Part shown: positions 20,322-30,128 of the stretch, piece after piece
Position numbering within the stretch: the first letter of the stretch is position 1
Layout of the letters: each line of letters starts with the position of its first letter
DNA from: Pseudomonadota bacterium
GTDB taxonomy: Bacteria; Pseudomonadota; Gammaproteobacteria; Xanthomonadales; Rhodanobacteraceae
Assembly: GCA_018240545.1 (NCBI GenBank)
Contig: JAFEFP010000296.1
Location: 1-60,677 of the forward strand
DNA: 60,677 nucleotides
Reading direction: 5' to 3'
The notes under the pieces: model-generated
The model's database searches: none
Told to the model about the DNA's origin: nothing
The model's input: only the letters and a program-made list of their open reading frames with translations
Made by a program: the position numbers and the translations under genes

Positions 20322-21512
20322 CTATTGGCAAGTCAGCCCGTTCATCTGGCTTATGCGCGTCCAGGTCTTCGCACCGTTGCCGGTCGGCACACCCGCCGGC
20401 AACCCACTGGTCGACTGGTAGTTGAACTGCATGGTGTTGCAATCCGGGAACTGGACGTTGATCGTGCCCCAGGCCGGCGTAATCGCCGAAGCGAAACTGC
20501 CGGCAAAGCCGCCGCCGGTACTGTAGACCATGGACACGGTGGCCGCGCGATCCCCGGAGGTGAAGTTGCCCGCGCCGTAGAGCCAGTAGGGAAATCCCAG
20601 GGGATCGTAGGTGTACCAGGCAATCACGAGGTACCGATCATTCGCTGCACCCGGCGTACCCTGTTCGCCCACTTCGACTTGAATGCCTTCGCCGCTGTGC
20701 GCGGGATCGTACCAGGCACCGGTCATGTAGCCGCTGATCGGCAGCGCTTGCGAGGCCTGTGCGTATTGCGCGGGGTTGTACGCGCCGAGCGGGAAATCGA
20801 CGACCTGGCGCGCCGTGCCCGCGGCGAGGTTGTCCACGGTCACGGTCACGGAGTTGTTGTAATTGAATTGCACTGCGCCGCCATAGAAATTTTCCAGGAT
20901 GAAGACATCGCTCCTGACCAGCGGATTGAGCGCATAGACGGTTGAGAAAAACGTGTTCGGATCGTCGGCGACGCGGGCGACATAGTCCTGCAGGCCGCTC
21001 TGGCTCACGTAAACGCCCGGCATGCTCGGATAGCGCGAGGTGTTGCCTTCCATGCTCGAGGGCCGGTCGATCTCGAGCAGGGTCGCCGATTTGCCGCTCG
21101 TGCAGACCACGCGGAAGACATACACGTTCGCGGTCTCGACATAGGCGCGTTCGCCGGCGTCGCCCGAGAGCGGATCGCCGATCAGATTGAGGGTGGTATG
21201 CAGCGCGTTGGGATCGTTGTGCCACAGGCCGAACGGCATCGGCGAGTTCAAACAGCTTGGCGGGTAGGCTCGGTATGGGTTGGCGAACAACTCAGCCGGT
21301 TTCGCGCCGTCCAGCCTGGCGCCGGCGGCGCCGGTTTTCTGCGCCGCGTCCCGGGCCTGGTTGGCTTGAGCCTGCATCTGCGCACGCACCTGTTGCGCCC
21401 TTGCCAGATCGACCTGCGGTGCGGCGCCGGCGGCATTCGCCGCCCGGCCGTCGGCCGCCGTTGCCAAGGCGGTGGCAGCGATGATGCAGGACAACAGTGT
21501 CGTGATTTTCAT
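20322..21512 (-). CDS. Secreted hypothetical protein with C-terminal 'GAWYDP..GEG' beta-rich domain
   Basis: Signal peptide, GGAG RBS; C-terminal TGAWYDPAHSGEGIQVE..AWYTYD..YWLYG..WGTINVQFPDCN; paired cysteines. Confidence 0.75.
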   Translation of the reverse strand: MKITTLLSCIIAATALATAADGRAANAAGAAPQVDLARAQQVRAQMQAQANQARDAAQKTGAAGARLDGAKPAELFANPYRAYPPSCLNSPMPFGLWHNDPNALHTTLNLIGDPLSGDAGERAYVETANVYVFRVVCTSGKSATLLEIDRPSSMEGNTSRYPSMPGVYVSQSGLQDYVARVADDPNTFFSTVYALNPLVRSDVFILENFYGGAVQFNYNNSVTVTVDNLAAGTARQVVDFPLGAYNPAQYAQASQALPISGYMTGAWYDPAHSGEGIQVEVGEQGTPGAANDRYLVIAWYTYDPLGFPYWLYGAGNFTSGDRAATVSMVYSTGGGFAGSFASAITPAWGTINVQFPDCNTMQFNYQSTSGLPAGVPTGNGAKTWTRISQMNGLTCQ

Positions 21513-21632
21513 TGGCGTCTCCCATTCGAATCCCCGTGGTCGCCAAGCCTGTGGCGGCGGCGGTTAACCGGCCGTGAACGCGCGCCTGGGCGCTATTGGC
21601 ATAATGCCAGACTTTCCCCACAACGCACGACG

Positions 21633-22421
21633 ATGCAACTGGTCGACATCGGTGCCAACCTGACCCACGAATCGTTCCGCCACGATTTCGCGGACGTGCT
21701 GGCGCGCGCGCGCGCGGCGGGCGTTGCGCAGATGATCGTGACCGGCGCGAGCGCGCAAGGCTCGCGTGACGCGTTGGACCTGGCGCGCGCGCATCCGGGC
21801 GTGCTGTTCGCCACCGCGGGCGTGCATCCGCACCATGCCAGCGATTTCGATGCGGATGTCGAAACCGTGCTGCGCGAATTGCATGCGGAGCCCGGCGTCG
21901 TCGCGGTCGGCGAAACCGGCTTGGACTACCATCGCAATTTCTCGCCACGCGATGCGCAGTTGTTCGCGTTCGAGCGCCAGCTGGAACTCGCCGTCGAATG
22001 CGGCAAGCCGCTGTTCCTGCACCAGCGCGACGCGCATGCGGATTTCATCGCCTGCATGGACAACATCAAGGGCCGCAGCGGCCGTGCCGTCGTGCATTGC
22101 TTCACCGGGGAAATGACCGAACTGTCCGACTACCTCGACCGCGATTTCTTCATCGGCATCACCGGCTGGATCTGCGACGAACGCCGCGGCACGCACCTGC
22201 GCGAGCTGGTCAAGGCCATTCCGGCGAATCGCCTGATGCTGGAAACCGATGCGCCGTACCTGTTGCCGCGCACGGTCAAGCCCGCGCCCGCGCACCGGCG
22301 CAACGAGCCGATGTACCTCGCCCACATTTGCGCGCAAGTCGCGCACGAGCGCGGCGAAGATGTGACCGTTACCGCCGCGAACGCGACGGCGACGGCCAAG
22401 GCATTCTTCGCGCTGCCCTAG
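21633..22421 (+). CDS. tatD: TatD family nuclease
   Basis: DIGANL, TAGVHPH, VGETGLDY, LFLHQRDAH, VVHCFTG, LETDAPYL, RNEP. Confidence 0.93.
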   Translation: MQLVDIGANLTHESFRHDFADVLARARAAGVAQMIVTGASAQGSRDALDLARAHPGVLFATAGVHPHHASDFDADVETVLRELHAEPGVVAVGETGLDYHRNFSPRDAQLFAFERQLELAVECGKPLFLHQRDAHADFIACMDNIKGRSGRAVVHCFTGEMTELSDYLDRDFFIGITGWICDERRGTHLRELVKAIPANRLMLETDAPYLLPRTVKPAPAHRRNEPMYLAHICAQVAHERGEDVTVTAANATATAKAFFALP

Positions 22422-23209
22422 GAACGCAGCCCGACGCCGCGATTCATCAGCGCCAGGCAGAATGCGCCGAGCACGATGACGAACAACAGCATCACGGCAT
22501 AGGCCCAGCCCAGGACGATGTCGCTCACGCCGAGCAAGCCGTAGCGGAATGCGCTGACCATGTACAGGATCGGGTTCAGGTGCGAGAGCTCCTTCCACGG
22601 GCTCGGCAACTGCGCCACGTTGTAGAACACGCCGCCCAGATACGTCAGCGGAGTCAGGACAAAGGTCGGGATGATCGCGATGTCGTCGAACTTGCGCGCG
22701 AAGATCGCGTTGACGAAGCCGAGCAGGCCGAAGATCGTCGCCGCGAGCACGAAGGTGCTGAGCGTGACCAGCGGGTGGTACAGGTGGATCTTGGTGAAGA
22801 ACAAGGAAATGCCGAGCACGATCACGCCGACCATGAAGCCGCGCAGCACCGCGCCGGAGATGTAGCCGGCCAGGATCGACCAGTTCGGCATCGGCGAAAC
22901 CAGCATTTCCTCGACGAAACGCTGGAACTTGGCGCCGAAGAACGAGCTGGTGATGTTGCCGTAGGCGTTCTGGATCACCGCCATCATCACCAAACCCGGC
23001 GCGATGTATTCGATGTAGGAAATGGCCGCGCCGTCCGGCGTGTGCGAGATCGTGCCGATGCGGCTGCCGATCAGCTGCCCGAAGATGACGAAATACAAGG
23101 TCATCGTGATCGCCGGCGGCAATAGCGTTTGCGTCCAGATGCGCAGGATGCGCATCACTTCGCGGCGCACGATGGTGCCGAGCGCGACCAGGGTGCGTTC
23201 GGCGTTCAT
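22418..23209 (-). CDS. yadH: ABC-2 transporter permease (YadH-like)
   Basis: RILRIWTQTLLPPAITMTLYFVIFG, YIAPGLVMM, SSFFGAKFQR, KFDDI..PTFVLTPLTYLGGVFY, NPILYMV. Confidence 0.9.
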   Translation of the reverse strand: MNAERTLVALGTIVRREVMRILRIWTQTLLPPAITMTLYFVIFGQLIGSRIGTISHTPDGAAISYIEYIAPGLVMMAVIQNAYGNITSSFFGAKFQRFVEEMLVSPMPNWSILAGYISGAVLRGFMVGVIVLGISLFFTKIHLYHPLVTLSTFVLAATIFGLLGFVNAIFARKFDDIAIIPTFVLTPLTYLGGVFYNVAQLPSPWKELSHLNPILYMVSAFRYGLLGVSDIVLGWAYAVMLLFVIVLGAFCLALMNRGVGLRS

Positions 23210-23227
23210 GCAATCACCCCGACGACT

Positions 23228-23352
23228 GTCATGCCGGCATGGTCGAGTGTCGACGACAGTCGACCGAGGGGCATCCAGACTGCATGGATGCCATCTGTGC
23301 TGTTGCGTTCACGTCCCTGTGACTGGATTCCGGCAGTCCCTGCCGGAATGAC
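23228..23352. repeat. Palindromic intergenic repeat, family A (copy 2, expanded left arm)
   Basis: GTCATGCCGGCATGG..CATCCAG left arm and CTGGATTCCGGCAGTCCCTGCCGGAATGAC right arm; near-identical to 32884-32989; sits inside the yadG-yadH operon. Confidence 0.9.
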
Positions 23353-23363
23353 GGGCAGAGTGT

Positions 23364-24299
23364 TCATGCGGCCGCCTCCTTGTCGTTCTCGATCAGGCGC
23401 ACGAATAGTTCTTCGAGGCGGTTGGCTTTGTTACGCATCGACACCACGGTGATGCCGTGCGCGGTGAGCGCGGCGAACAGGGAATTGAGATCATGCGAGC
23501 GCGACATTTCCGCTTCCAGCGTCTGCGCATCGACGCGCGTGAGCTTCACGCCTGCCATCACCGGCAACGGTTCGCAGGGCGCGGCGAGATCGAGCACGAA
23601 GGTCTCCACATCGAGCTTGGACAGCAGCGTCTTCATCGCCGTGTTTTCGATGATGCGGCCGTGGTCGATGATCGCGATGTTGCGGCACAGCGACTCGGCT
23701 TCCTCCAGGTAATGCGTGGTCAGGATCACCGTGGTGCCGGCGGCATTGATGGCATGGATGAATTTCCACATCGAGCGCCGGATTTCGATGTCCACGCCGG
23801 CGGTGGGTTCGTCCAGGATCAGCAGCTTCGGCTCGTTCATCATCGCGCGCGCGATCAACAGGCGTCGCTTCATGCCGCCGGAGAGTGTGCGCGAGACCTC
23901 GAAGGCCTTGTCCCACAGCGCGAGTTGCTTGAGGTATTTCTCCGCGCGCACCTTCGCCTCCGCGCGAGTCACGCCGTAAAAACCGGCCTGGTTGACGCAG
24001 ATCTGGAACGGGTGTTCGAACAGGTTGAAATTGACCTCTTGCGGCACCAGCCCGAGCATCGCCATCGCTTCGCTGCGGTGTTCGCGGATCGAGGTGCCGA
24101 ACACGCGCGCATCCCCGGCGGTTGCGTTGACCAGTGAGGACACGATCCCGATCAGGGTCGACTTGCCGGCGCCGTTCGGGCCGAGCAGGGCGTAGAAATC
24201 ACCGGGAGCAACGCTGAGCGAGATGCCCTTGAGCGCCTCGACGCCATTCGCGTAGGTTTTCTTCAGGTCCTGGATTTCCAGCGCCGGGGCGGTCGACAT
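23364..24299 (-). CDS. yadG: ABC transporter ATP-binding protein (YadG-like)
   Basis: LLGPNGAGKST, LVPQEVNFN, LSGGMKRRL, ILDEPTAGVD, SMRNKANRLEELF. Confidence 0.9.
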   Translation of the reverse strand: MSTAPALEIQDLKKTYANGVEALKGISLSVAPGDFYALLGPNGAGKSTLIGIVSSLVNATAGDARVFGTSIREHRSEAMAMLGLVPQEVNFNLFEHPFQICVNQAGFYGVTRAEAKVRAEKYLKQLALWDKAFEVSRTLSGGMKRRLLIARAMMNEPKLLILDEPTAGVDIEIRRSMWKFIHAINAAGTTVILTTHYLEEAESLCRNIAIIDHGRIIENTAMKTLLSKLDVETFVLDLAAPCEPLPVMAGVKLTRVDAQTLEAEMSRSHDLNSLFAALTAHGITVVSMRNKANRLEELFVRLIENDKEAAA

Positions 24300-24361
24300 G
24301 GGCTGCGCAAATGAAGCGGGACAGTTAGTATATCCGGCCTTTCCCCCGCACTGGTCGCATC

Positions 24362-25102
24362 GTGGCCGAACATTTCCAGCTTCGCCTTGCCGCCAGCCGC
24401 ATGCTGGCTCCGGCCGTGCGCCACATGGAATTCGAGCGCGCGGACGGCGCTCCATTCGCGTTCGTGCCGGGCCAGTTCCTGCAGATCCATTTCACCTATC
24501 CGGATGGCAAGCCGACCAAGCGCAGTTATTCGGTGGCGACGATCAGTGCAGGCGGTCCGGTAAGGCGCATCGAGATTGCCGTGTCGTACGTGGAAGGCGG
24601 CGCGGCGACCAACTTGCTCGGCAACCTTGGCGATGACGGCGCGATCGATGCCAGCGGTCCATACGGACGCTTTTGCCTCGACGACAAGGACGCCAATCGC
24701 CGCTACCTGCTGATCGCGACCGGCACCGGCGTGACGCCCTACCGCGCGATGTTGCCGCAGATCGAAAAGCTCGCCGCACGCGGCGCGGAGGTCGCGCTCG
24801 TCTACGGCGCGCGCAACGAGGCCGAGTTGCTGTACGGCGACGAATTCGAGGCGTTCGCGCGCGCCCATCCGCATTTTCGCTTCTATGCCTGCTTCAGCCG
24901 AACCCCGCGCGCGCAGCCCCGCCCGCACGACCGCGCTGGCCGCGTGCATGTGGCGCTGGACGAACTCAAGCCAGACCCGCAGCACGACATTGCCTACCTG
25001 TGCGGCAACCCGGAAATGGTCGATCAGGCCTTCGCCGTGCTCAAGGAAGCCGGCCTGCCGGTGCCGCATATCCGACGCGAGAAATACGTGTCGTCTCGCT
25101 GA
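24362..25102 (+). CDS. Ferredoxin--NADP(+) reductase-like flavoprotein
   Basis: PGQF, RSYS FAD motif, GPYG, ATGTGVTPY, YLCGNPEMV, REKY. Confidence 0.88.
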   Translation: MAEHFQLRLAASRMLAPAVRHMEFERADGAPFAFVPGQFLQIHFTYPDGKPTKRSYSVATISAGGPVRRIEIAVSYVEGGAATNLLGNLGDDGAIDASGPYGRFCLDDKDANRRYLLIATGTGVTPYRAMLPQIEKLAARGAEVALVYGARNEAELLYGDEFEAFARAHPHFRFYACFSRTPRAQPRPHDRAGRVHVALDELKPDPQHDIAYLCGNPEMVDQAFAVLKEAGLPVPHIRREKYVSSR

Positions 25103-25177
25103 ACTTATTCAGCAGAGGGGCGGGCACGCCCGCGTTTGCGGTTCCGGTCGAACAATGCAGGCCTGCGCCCGCGTCGT

Positions 25178-26800
25178 TCAGTAGCCCTCGAATCCGTCGA
25201 GGAAGATGGTGTCCTCGATCGCCTTGCGTTCCACGGCGCCGATGTCGCAGTTCCCGCCTGTGGGTTGTGGCCGTTTCACACCGCGCTGGTCGGTGGCCGG
25301 GGCGCCCGTACAGGTCACGCCATTCACGGCGGGACTGCCGTTCGGCGGCATCATCACGGCTTCCAGACCGCCGCCACTGGCGAGGGAACCCAGCGCCAGC
25401 GTCCCGGCAAGGATGGTCGCCGATGGCGTGTAGTTGCTCGTACCGCCATTGATCGTGTTCGTGCTGATGTCGTCGCTGGTGCCGGCGCTGTTGGCGACGA
25501 CGGAATTCGTGATCGAAAGCGATGCGATACCGCCCGTGGTGCAGATATTTCCGCCATCGGAGCACGCCGAATCACCCAGGCTGTAGATTGCGCCGCCGTC
25601 GGCATTGCCACCCATGCTGCCGATACCGGGCATCACGCCATTGCGGGACAGAGTCGAAAAATCGATCGTCAAAGTACCCGAATAGTTGACCAGCGCACCG
25701 CCGTAGCCGGAGCCGCCGCCTGCAGAGCTGCTTCCGCCCGTAGCGACATTGCCGCCCAGAGTGGAGTTGAGCAGGCTCACGCTGCCGCCATCGTTGAAAA
25801 TCGCGCCGCCCATGCCGGCACCGCCGCCACCCCCACCAAAACCTGCTGCGGTACCGCCGCCAAAGCCGCCTGGACTCCCGCTACTCTCGCCGTAGCCACC
25901 GCCACCGCCAAAGCCGCCGAAGCTACCCGCGCCAGGACGACCGGCGCCAGAGCCGCCACCACCACCGAAGCCGCCGTTGCCACCCGTGCCACTGGCTGGA
26001 GAACTGCCCGTGCTGGCGCCTTCGCCGCCGCCGCCGCCGAAGGCACCAGGGCTTCCGTACGCGTCGAAAGAGACGGTGATGCCTGCACCACCGCCATTGG
26101 GTCCGCCGCCATTTCCAGAGGTATCGCTGGTCTGGCCAGCGCCGCCGCCGCCGTAACCGGCCAAGCCGTCACCGCCAGCACCTCCCTGGGCGATATTGCC
26201 GTCCAGCGTGCAGCGTGACAGATTCAGCGATCCCTGATTGAAGATCGCTCCGCCCGCGCCCAGCGCGCCACCGCCGAGACTGCCATGTCCGCCTTCGGCA
26301 TGACCGTCGCTCAGGCGCAGACCCGAAAGATTGAGCGTGGCGCCGCTGCCCACGTCGAACAGGCGGAAGGCGGCGGCGTTGGAGTCGCGCACGATCGTCA
26401 CGCCACGGCTCATGCCGGTAACGGCGTCGATGGTCAGCGAAAAATTGCGCGGGATATAGAACGCCGATGGTCCGAACTGGGTAACCATATTGCCCGCTGC
26501 CGTCCATTCGCTGCTTTGCGGAAGGCAGGTCGCACCCAAGGTGTCGGTGTAGTTCAGGCAGTTGGTGTAAAGCGTCAGAGCAATCGTCGCGCCGTCGAGG
26601 TTCCGCGCGAACATGATCGTGTCGCCGCTGCTCGCGCTGTTGATCGCATCGCGCAAGGTGCAGCTTGCTACCGTGCAACTGGCCGAACCCAGCGTTGCCG
26701 GTTCTCCGGTCTGGGTGACCGTCCAGATCGCGGCAGCTTGCGCCACGGACGCAATAACCGATAACGCAATGGCGAAAGTGAGATGCGACGCGCGCGGCAT
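25178..26800 (-). CDS. Secreted glycine-rich CSLREA-like / choice-of-anchor Q protein
   Basis: Signal peptide; CTLRDAINSA; GGFGGGGG repeats; SPAVNG..DQRGVKRPQ..CDIGAVE; C-terminus DTIFLDGFEGY. Confidence 0.82.
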   Translation of the reverse strand: MPRASHLTFAIALSVIASVAQAAAIWTVTQTGEPATLGSASCTVASCTLRDAINSASSGDTIMFARNLDGATIALTLYTNCLNYTDTLGATCLPQSSEWTAAGNMVTQFGPSAFYIPRNFSLTIDAVTGMSRGVTIVRDSNAAAFRLFDVGSGATLNLSGLRLSDGHAEGGHGSLGGGALGAGGAIFNQGSLNLSRCTLDGNIAQGGAGGDGLAGYGGGGAGQTSDTSGNGGGPNGGGAGITVSFDAYGSPGAFGGGGGEGASTGSSPASGTGGNGGFGGGGGSGAGRPGAGSFGGFGGGGGYGESSGSPGGFGGGTAAGFGGGGGGAGMGGAIFNDGGSVSLLNSTLGGNVATGGSSSAGGGSGYGGALVNYSGTLTIDFSTLSRNGVMPGIGSMGGNADGGAIYSLGDSACSDGGNICTTGGIASLSITNSVVANSAGTSDDISTNTINGGTSNYTPSATILAGTLALGSLASGGGLEAVMMPPNGSPAVNGVTCTGAPATDQRGVKRPQPTGGNCDIGAVERKAIEDTIFLDGFEGY

Positions 26801-26930
26801 GACATTTCCCGATTACCTATTCAGGCGAATAGCCTGTGTCGGTAGCATATTACATGGCGGCAGGAATGCGCCCGCCCGACAACGCAACCTGACTTCGCTC
26901 GCGGCGCGGCTTCGAAAGGTTGCAATCACG

Positions 26931-26995
26931 GTGTAAAGGACGCTTGACACACCGGATCCGTGTGCGTATTCTTCGCCTGTCAAGGAAACTTGACA
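26931..26995 (+). promoter_or_regulatory. Sigma70 promoter with two palindromic operators
   Basis: TTGACA (26944-49)-N17-TATTCT (26967-72). Operators GTGTAAAG-N4-CTTGACAC (26931-50, overlaps -35) and perfect TGTCAAG-GAAA-CTTGACA (26978-95). Confidence 0.8.
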
Positions 26996-27022
26996 CATCG
27001 CGCGGATTTCGCGGAGGATTCG

Positions 27023-27625
27023 ATGGTCCGATTGAGCCAGCAAAGTTACCAGCGCCGGCTGATGGCGACGATGACGGTCTATGTCGTCGTGTTGCTGTGG
27101 CTGTGGCCGCTCGCGCGTACGGCGGAAGGGTTGTGGCTCAAGCTCGCCTACTCGTTGGCACCGGTGCCGCCGATCCTGTACGCGATCTGGCTGATGGCGC
27201 GGCGCGTGCTGGCCGGCGACGAATTGGAACAGCGCACGCACCTGATCGGACTTGGCGTGGCGGCGGCGGCGATTTCGGTATTCGGCATCGTTGCCGGATT
27301 TCTCGCCGCTTCGCACGCATTTGCATCCGATTGGGCCGCCGCCGCGCTGATCTGGATTTTTCCGTTGATGATCGTGGTGTATACGACGGCTCGCGCCTGG
27401 GCAGCGCGGCGCTACGGCGGCGGCGGTTGCGAGGACGAAAATCTGCCGCGGTCCCTGCGCTTTCTGTATCTCGCCGGCGTGTTCGCGGCCATCGCCGCCT
27501 GGGTGTACTGGAGCAAAGGCGATGCGGATGACATGGGATTGGCCGCTGGCATGGCGGTCGGCATGTTGGGTGGCGCGACATTCTTTGCGTTGCTGCACTG
27601 GCGGCGTCGCGGCAACCATCAGTGA
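27023..27625 (+). CDS. Integral membrane hypothetical protein (about 6 TM)
   Basis: GGAGG RBS; hydrophobic segments; DELEQR motif after TM2; stop overlaps the XRE gene start. Confidence 0.75.
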   Translation: MVRLSQQSYQRRLMATMTVYVVVLLWLWPLARTAEGLWLKLAYSLAPVPPILYAIWLMARRVLAGDELEQRTHLIGLGVAAAAISVFGIVAGFLAASHAFASDWAAAALIWIFPLMIVVYTTARAWAARRYGGGGCEDENLPRSLRFLYLAGVFAAIAAWVYWSKGDADDMGLAAGMAVGMLGGATFFALLHWRRRGNHQ

Positions 27626-27819
27626 AGAATCGTATTCGCGAACTGCGCGAGCAGCGCGATTGGTCGCAAGGCGATCTGGCCGAGCGGCTGGACGTGTCGC
27701 GGCAGACGGTCAATGCGCTGGAAACCGGCAAGTACGATCCCAGCCTGCCGCTCGCCTTTCGCCTGTCGAAGTTGTTTCGTCATCCCATCGAATTTTTGTT
27801 TGAACCCGGCAAGGATTGA
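27622..27819 (+). CDS. XRE-family HTH transcriptional regulator
   Basis: KNRIRELR..WSQGDLAERLDVSRQTVNALETGKYDPSLPLAFRL. Confidence 0.93.
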   Translation: MKNRIRELREQRDWSQGDLAERLDVSRQTVNALETGKYDPSLPLAFRLSKLFRHPIEFLFEPGKD

Positions 27820-27822
27820 ATC

Positions 27823-29370
27823 GTGAACAAACGCCACCTGCTTCGCATCGCCGTCGTCATCGCCGCGCTCGGCTATTTCGGCTATTTCGGCTATCGGCAA
27901 TGGCAAAAGTCGCACGCGAACGCCGCGGCGTCCGCGACCGCAGCGCCGATTGCGACGAACGCGAAAGCGTTCACACTTGGCAACTTGCATTTCACCGCCT
28001 GCCAGTTGGCGCAGAAGCATTCCGGCGCGACCACGAGCGCGTTTTGTGCGCCACTTTCGGTGCCGGAGAATCGTAATGCTGCGAACGGACGCAAGCTCGA
28101 CCTGCGCCTCGCACTGATCAAATCCGATGCGGCCACGGCGGATGCCGACATCGTCGTGTTCCTCGCCGGCGGGCCCGGACAATCGGCCATCGACACCTGG
28201 CCGCAGATTGCCGCGGCTTTCGCGCCCTTGCTCGAACACCACCACGTGTTGCTGCTCGACCAGCGCGGCACCGGTGGCTCGAACGTGCTGGAGTGCAAGG
28301 GCGATGACGATGACAGCACCAGCACCGGTTTCGATGCGGCCAAGGTTCGCGACACGACGCAAAAGTGCCTCGACGACGTAAGCAAGCACTCCGATCCGCG
28401 TTTCTACACCACGACCGACGCGGTCGCGGACCTGGAAGCGGTGCGCCAGGCGCTGGGCGCGCCGCCGTTCGACCTCGTCGGCGTTTCCTACGGCACGCGC
28501 GTGGCGCAACAATATGCATTGCGTCACCCGGAAGGCGTGCGCAGCATCGTGCTCGATTCGGTGGCGCCGAACGCCATCGCGCTCGGACAGGATTTCGCCG
28601 AGAACCTCGACGGCGCGCTCAAGCTCCAGTTCGCGCAATGCGAGAAGACGCCCGCGTGCAAGCAGGTCTTCGGCGACCCTTACGCAAGCCTGATGCAGTT
28701 GCGCGATGAGCTGCGCCAGACGCCGCGCGATTACGCCTATCGCGACCCCGTCACGTTCGTGGAAAAGCAAAAGCGCATGACCGCGCCGAGCCTGGCCGGG
28801 CTCGTGCGCCTGTTCGCCTACTCGCCGGAAACCGCGGCGCTCCTGCCGCTGTCGATCAAGGAAGGCTTGCAGGGCGACTTCACGCCGCTCGCTGGCCAGC
28901 AGCAGATTCTCACCGGCGACATGTCCGACCTTGCCGAGAACGCGATGCAGTTGTCGGTGATTTGCAGCGAGGATGCCGACCTGCTCGTGCCGCAGCCGCA
29001 AGATGCCGACACCGTGCTTGGCAACCATCTCATCGATGGCATCAAGGCAGCCTGCACAGTGTGGCCGCACGAGACGCGACCGGCGGATTTCCACCAGCCG
29101 CTGAAAACCGGCAAACCCGTCCTGATCCTGGAAGGCGAGTTCGATCCAGTCACCCCACCGCGCTACGGCGAACAGGTGCTCAAGAGTTTGAGCAACGCGC
29201 GGTTACTCGTCGCCAAGGGCCAGGGCCACAACGTGATTGGTCGCGGCTGCATTCCGAAGGTGGTCCAGGAATTCGTCGACAAGCTCGATCCCAAGACGCT
29301 CGATGCCAAGTGCGTCGACCGGCTCGGGCCGATGCCGGCGTTCATCAATTTCAATGGTTCATCTCCATAA
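27823..29370 (+). CDS. Alpha/beta hydrolase, TAP-like (S33) exported peptidase
   Basis: N-terminal anchor; FLAGGPGQS, LDQRGTGGS, GVSYGT, LDSV, FDPVTPP, GHN. Confidence 0.88.
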   Translation: MNKRHLLRIAVVIAALGYFGYFGYRQWQKSHANAAASATAAPIATNAKAFTLGNLHFTACQLAQKHSGATTSAFCAPLSVPENRNAANGRKLDLRLALIKSDAATADADIVVFLAGGPGQSAIDTWPQIAAAFAPLLEHHHVLLLDQRGTGGSNVLECKGDDDDSTSTGFDAAKVRDTTQKCLDDVSKHSDPRFYTTTDAVADLEAVRQALGAPPFDLVGVSYGTRVAQQYALRHPEGVRSIVLDSVAPNAIALGQDFAENLDGALKLQFAQCEKTPACKQVFGDPYASLMQLRDELRQTPRDYAYRDPVTFVEKQKRMTAPSLAGLVRLFAYSPETAALLPLSIKEGLQGDFTPLAGQQQILTGDMSDLAENAMQLSVICSEDADLLVPQPQDADTVLGNHLIDGIKAACTVWPHETRPADFHQPLKTGKPVLILEGEFDPVTPPRYGEQVLKSLSNARLLVAKGQGHNVIGRGCIPKVVQEFVDKLDPKTLDAKCVDRLGPMPAFINFNGSSP

Positions 29371-29381
29371 GGATCAGCGCC

Positions 29382-30128
29382 ATGATCGAAGTAAAGAACC
29401 TGCACAAGGCCTTCGGCAAGGGCGCCAAGCGTGTCGTCGCGGTGGATGGCGCATCCTTCGTCGCACGCGATGGCGAGATCACCGGCCTGCTCGGCCCGAA
29501 TGGCGCCGGCAAGACGACCACGCTGCGCTGCCTGTACACGCTGATGCAACCCGATTCGGGGCAGATCCTCATCGACGGCATCGATGCGGCGGTGGATCCC
29601 GTCGCCGTGCGCCGGCGCCTGGGCGTGCTGCCCGACGCGCGCGGGTTGTACAAGCGCCTGACCGCGCGCGAGAACATCGACTACTTCGCGCGCCTGCACG
29701 GCATCGAGAACGAGACGATGCAGGCGCGCCGCGAAGCGCTGGCCGACGCGCTGGAGATGCGCGACATCCTCGATCGCCGCACCGAAGGCTTTTCGCAAGG
29801 CCAGCGCGTGAAGACCGCAATTGCACGCGCGCTGGTGCACGATCCGAAGAACGTGATCCTCGATGAGCCGACGAACGGGCTGGACGTCATGTCCACGCGC
29901 GCCATGCGCACCTTCCTGAAGTCGATGAAGACCGAGGGCCGCTGCATACTGTTCTCCAGCCACATCATGCAGGAGGTTGGCGCGCTGTGCGACCGCATCG
30001 TCGTGATCGCGCGCGGTCGCGTCGTCGCCGACGAATCGCCGGATGTGCTGCGCGCGCAAACGGGCGAGGCGAGTCTGGAAGATGCATTCGTAAAGTTGAT
30101 CGGGACCGACGAGGGACTGGCCGCATGA
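29382..30128 (+). CDS. ABC transporter ATP-binding protein (NatA-like)
   Basis: GLLGPNGAGKTT, GLYKRLTARENI, FSQGQR, LDEPTNGLDV, SSHIMQEV. Confidence 0.88.
   Translation: MIEVKNLHKAFGKGAKRVVAVDGASFVARDGEITGLLGPNGAGKTTTLRCLYTLMQPDSGQILIDGIDAAVDPVAVRRRLGVLPDARGLYKRLTARENIDYFARLHGIENETMQARREALADALEMRDILDRRTEGFSQGQRVKTAIARALVHDPKNVILDEPTNGLDVMSTRAMRTFLKSMKTEGRCILFSSHIMQEVGALCDRIVVIARGRVVADESPDVLRAQTGEASLEDAFVKLIGTDEGLAA

Noticed and set aside
21525-21544. TTCGAATCCCCGTGGTCGCCA resembles a tRNA 3' end or att site
   Set aside because: Spacing to CCA is 2 nt too short, the T-stem does not pair, there is no cloverleaf and no integrase.
25700-26300. Dense CCGCCGCC-type periodicity
   Set aside because: Explained by glycine-rich coding sequence on the minus strand.
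27871-27894. GGCTATTTC tandem repeat (GYFGYFGY)
   Set aside because: In-frame 9-bp micro-duplication in a membrane anchor; cannot shift the frame.
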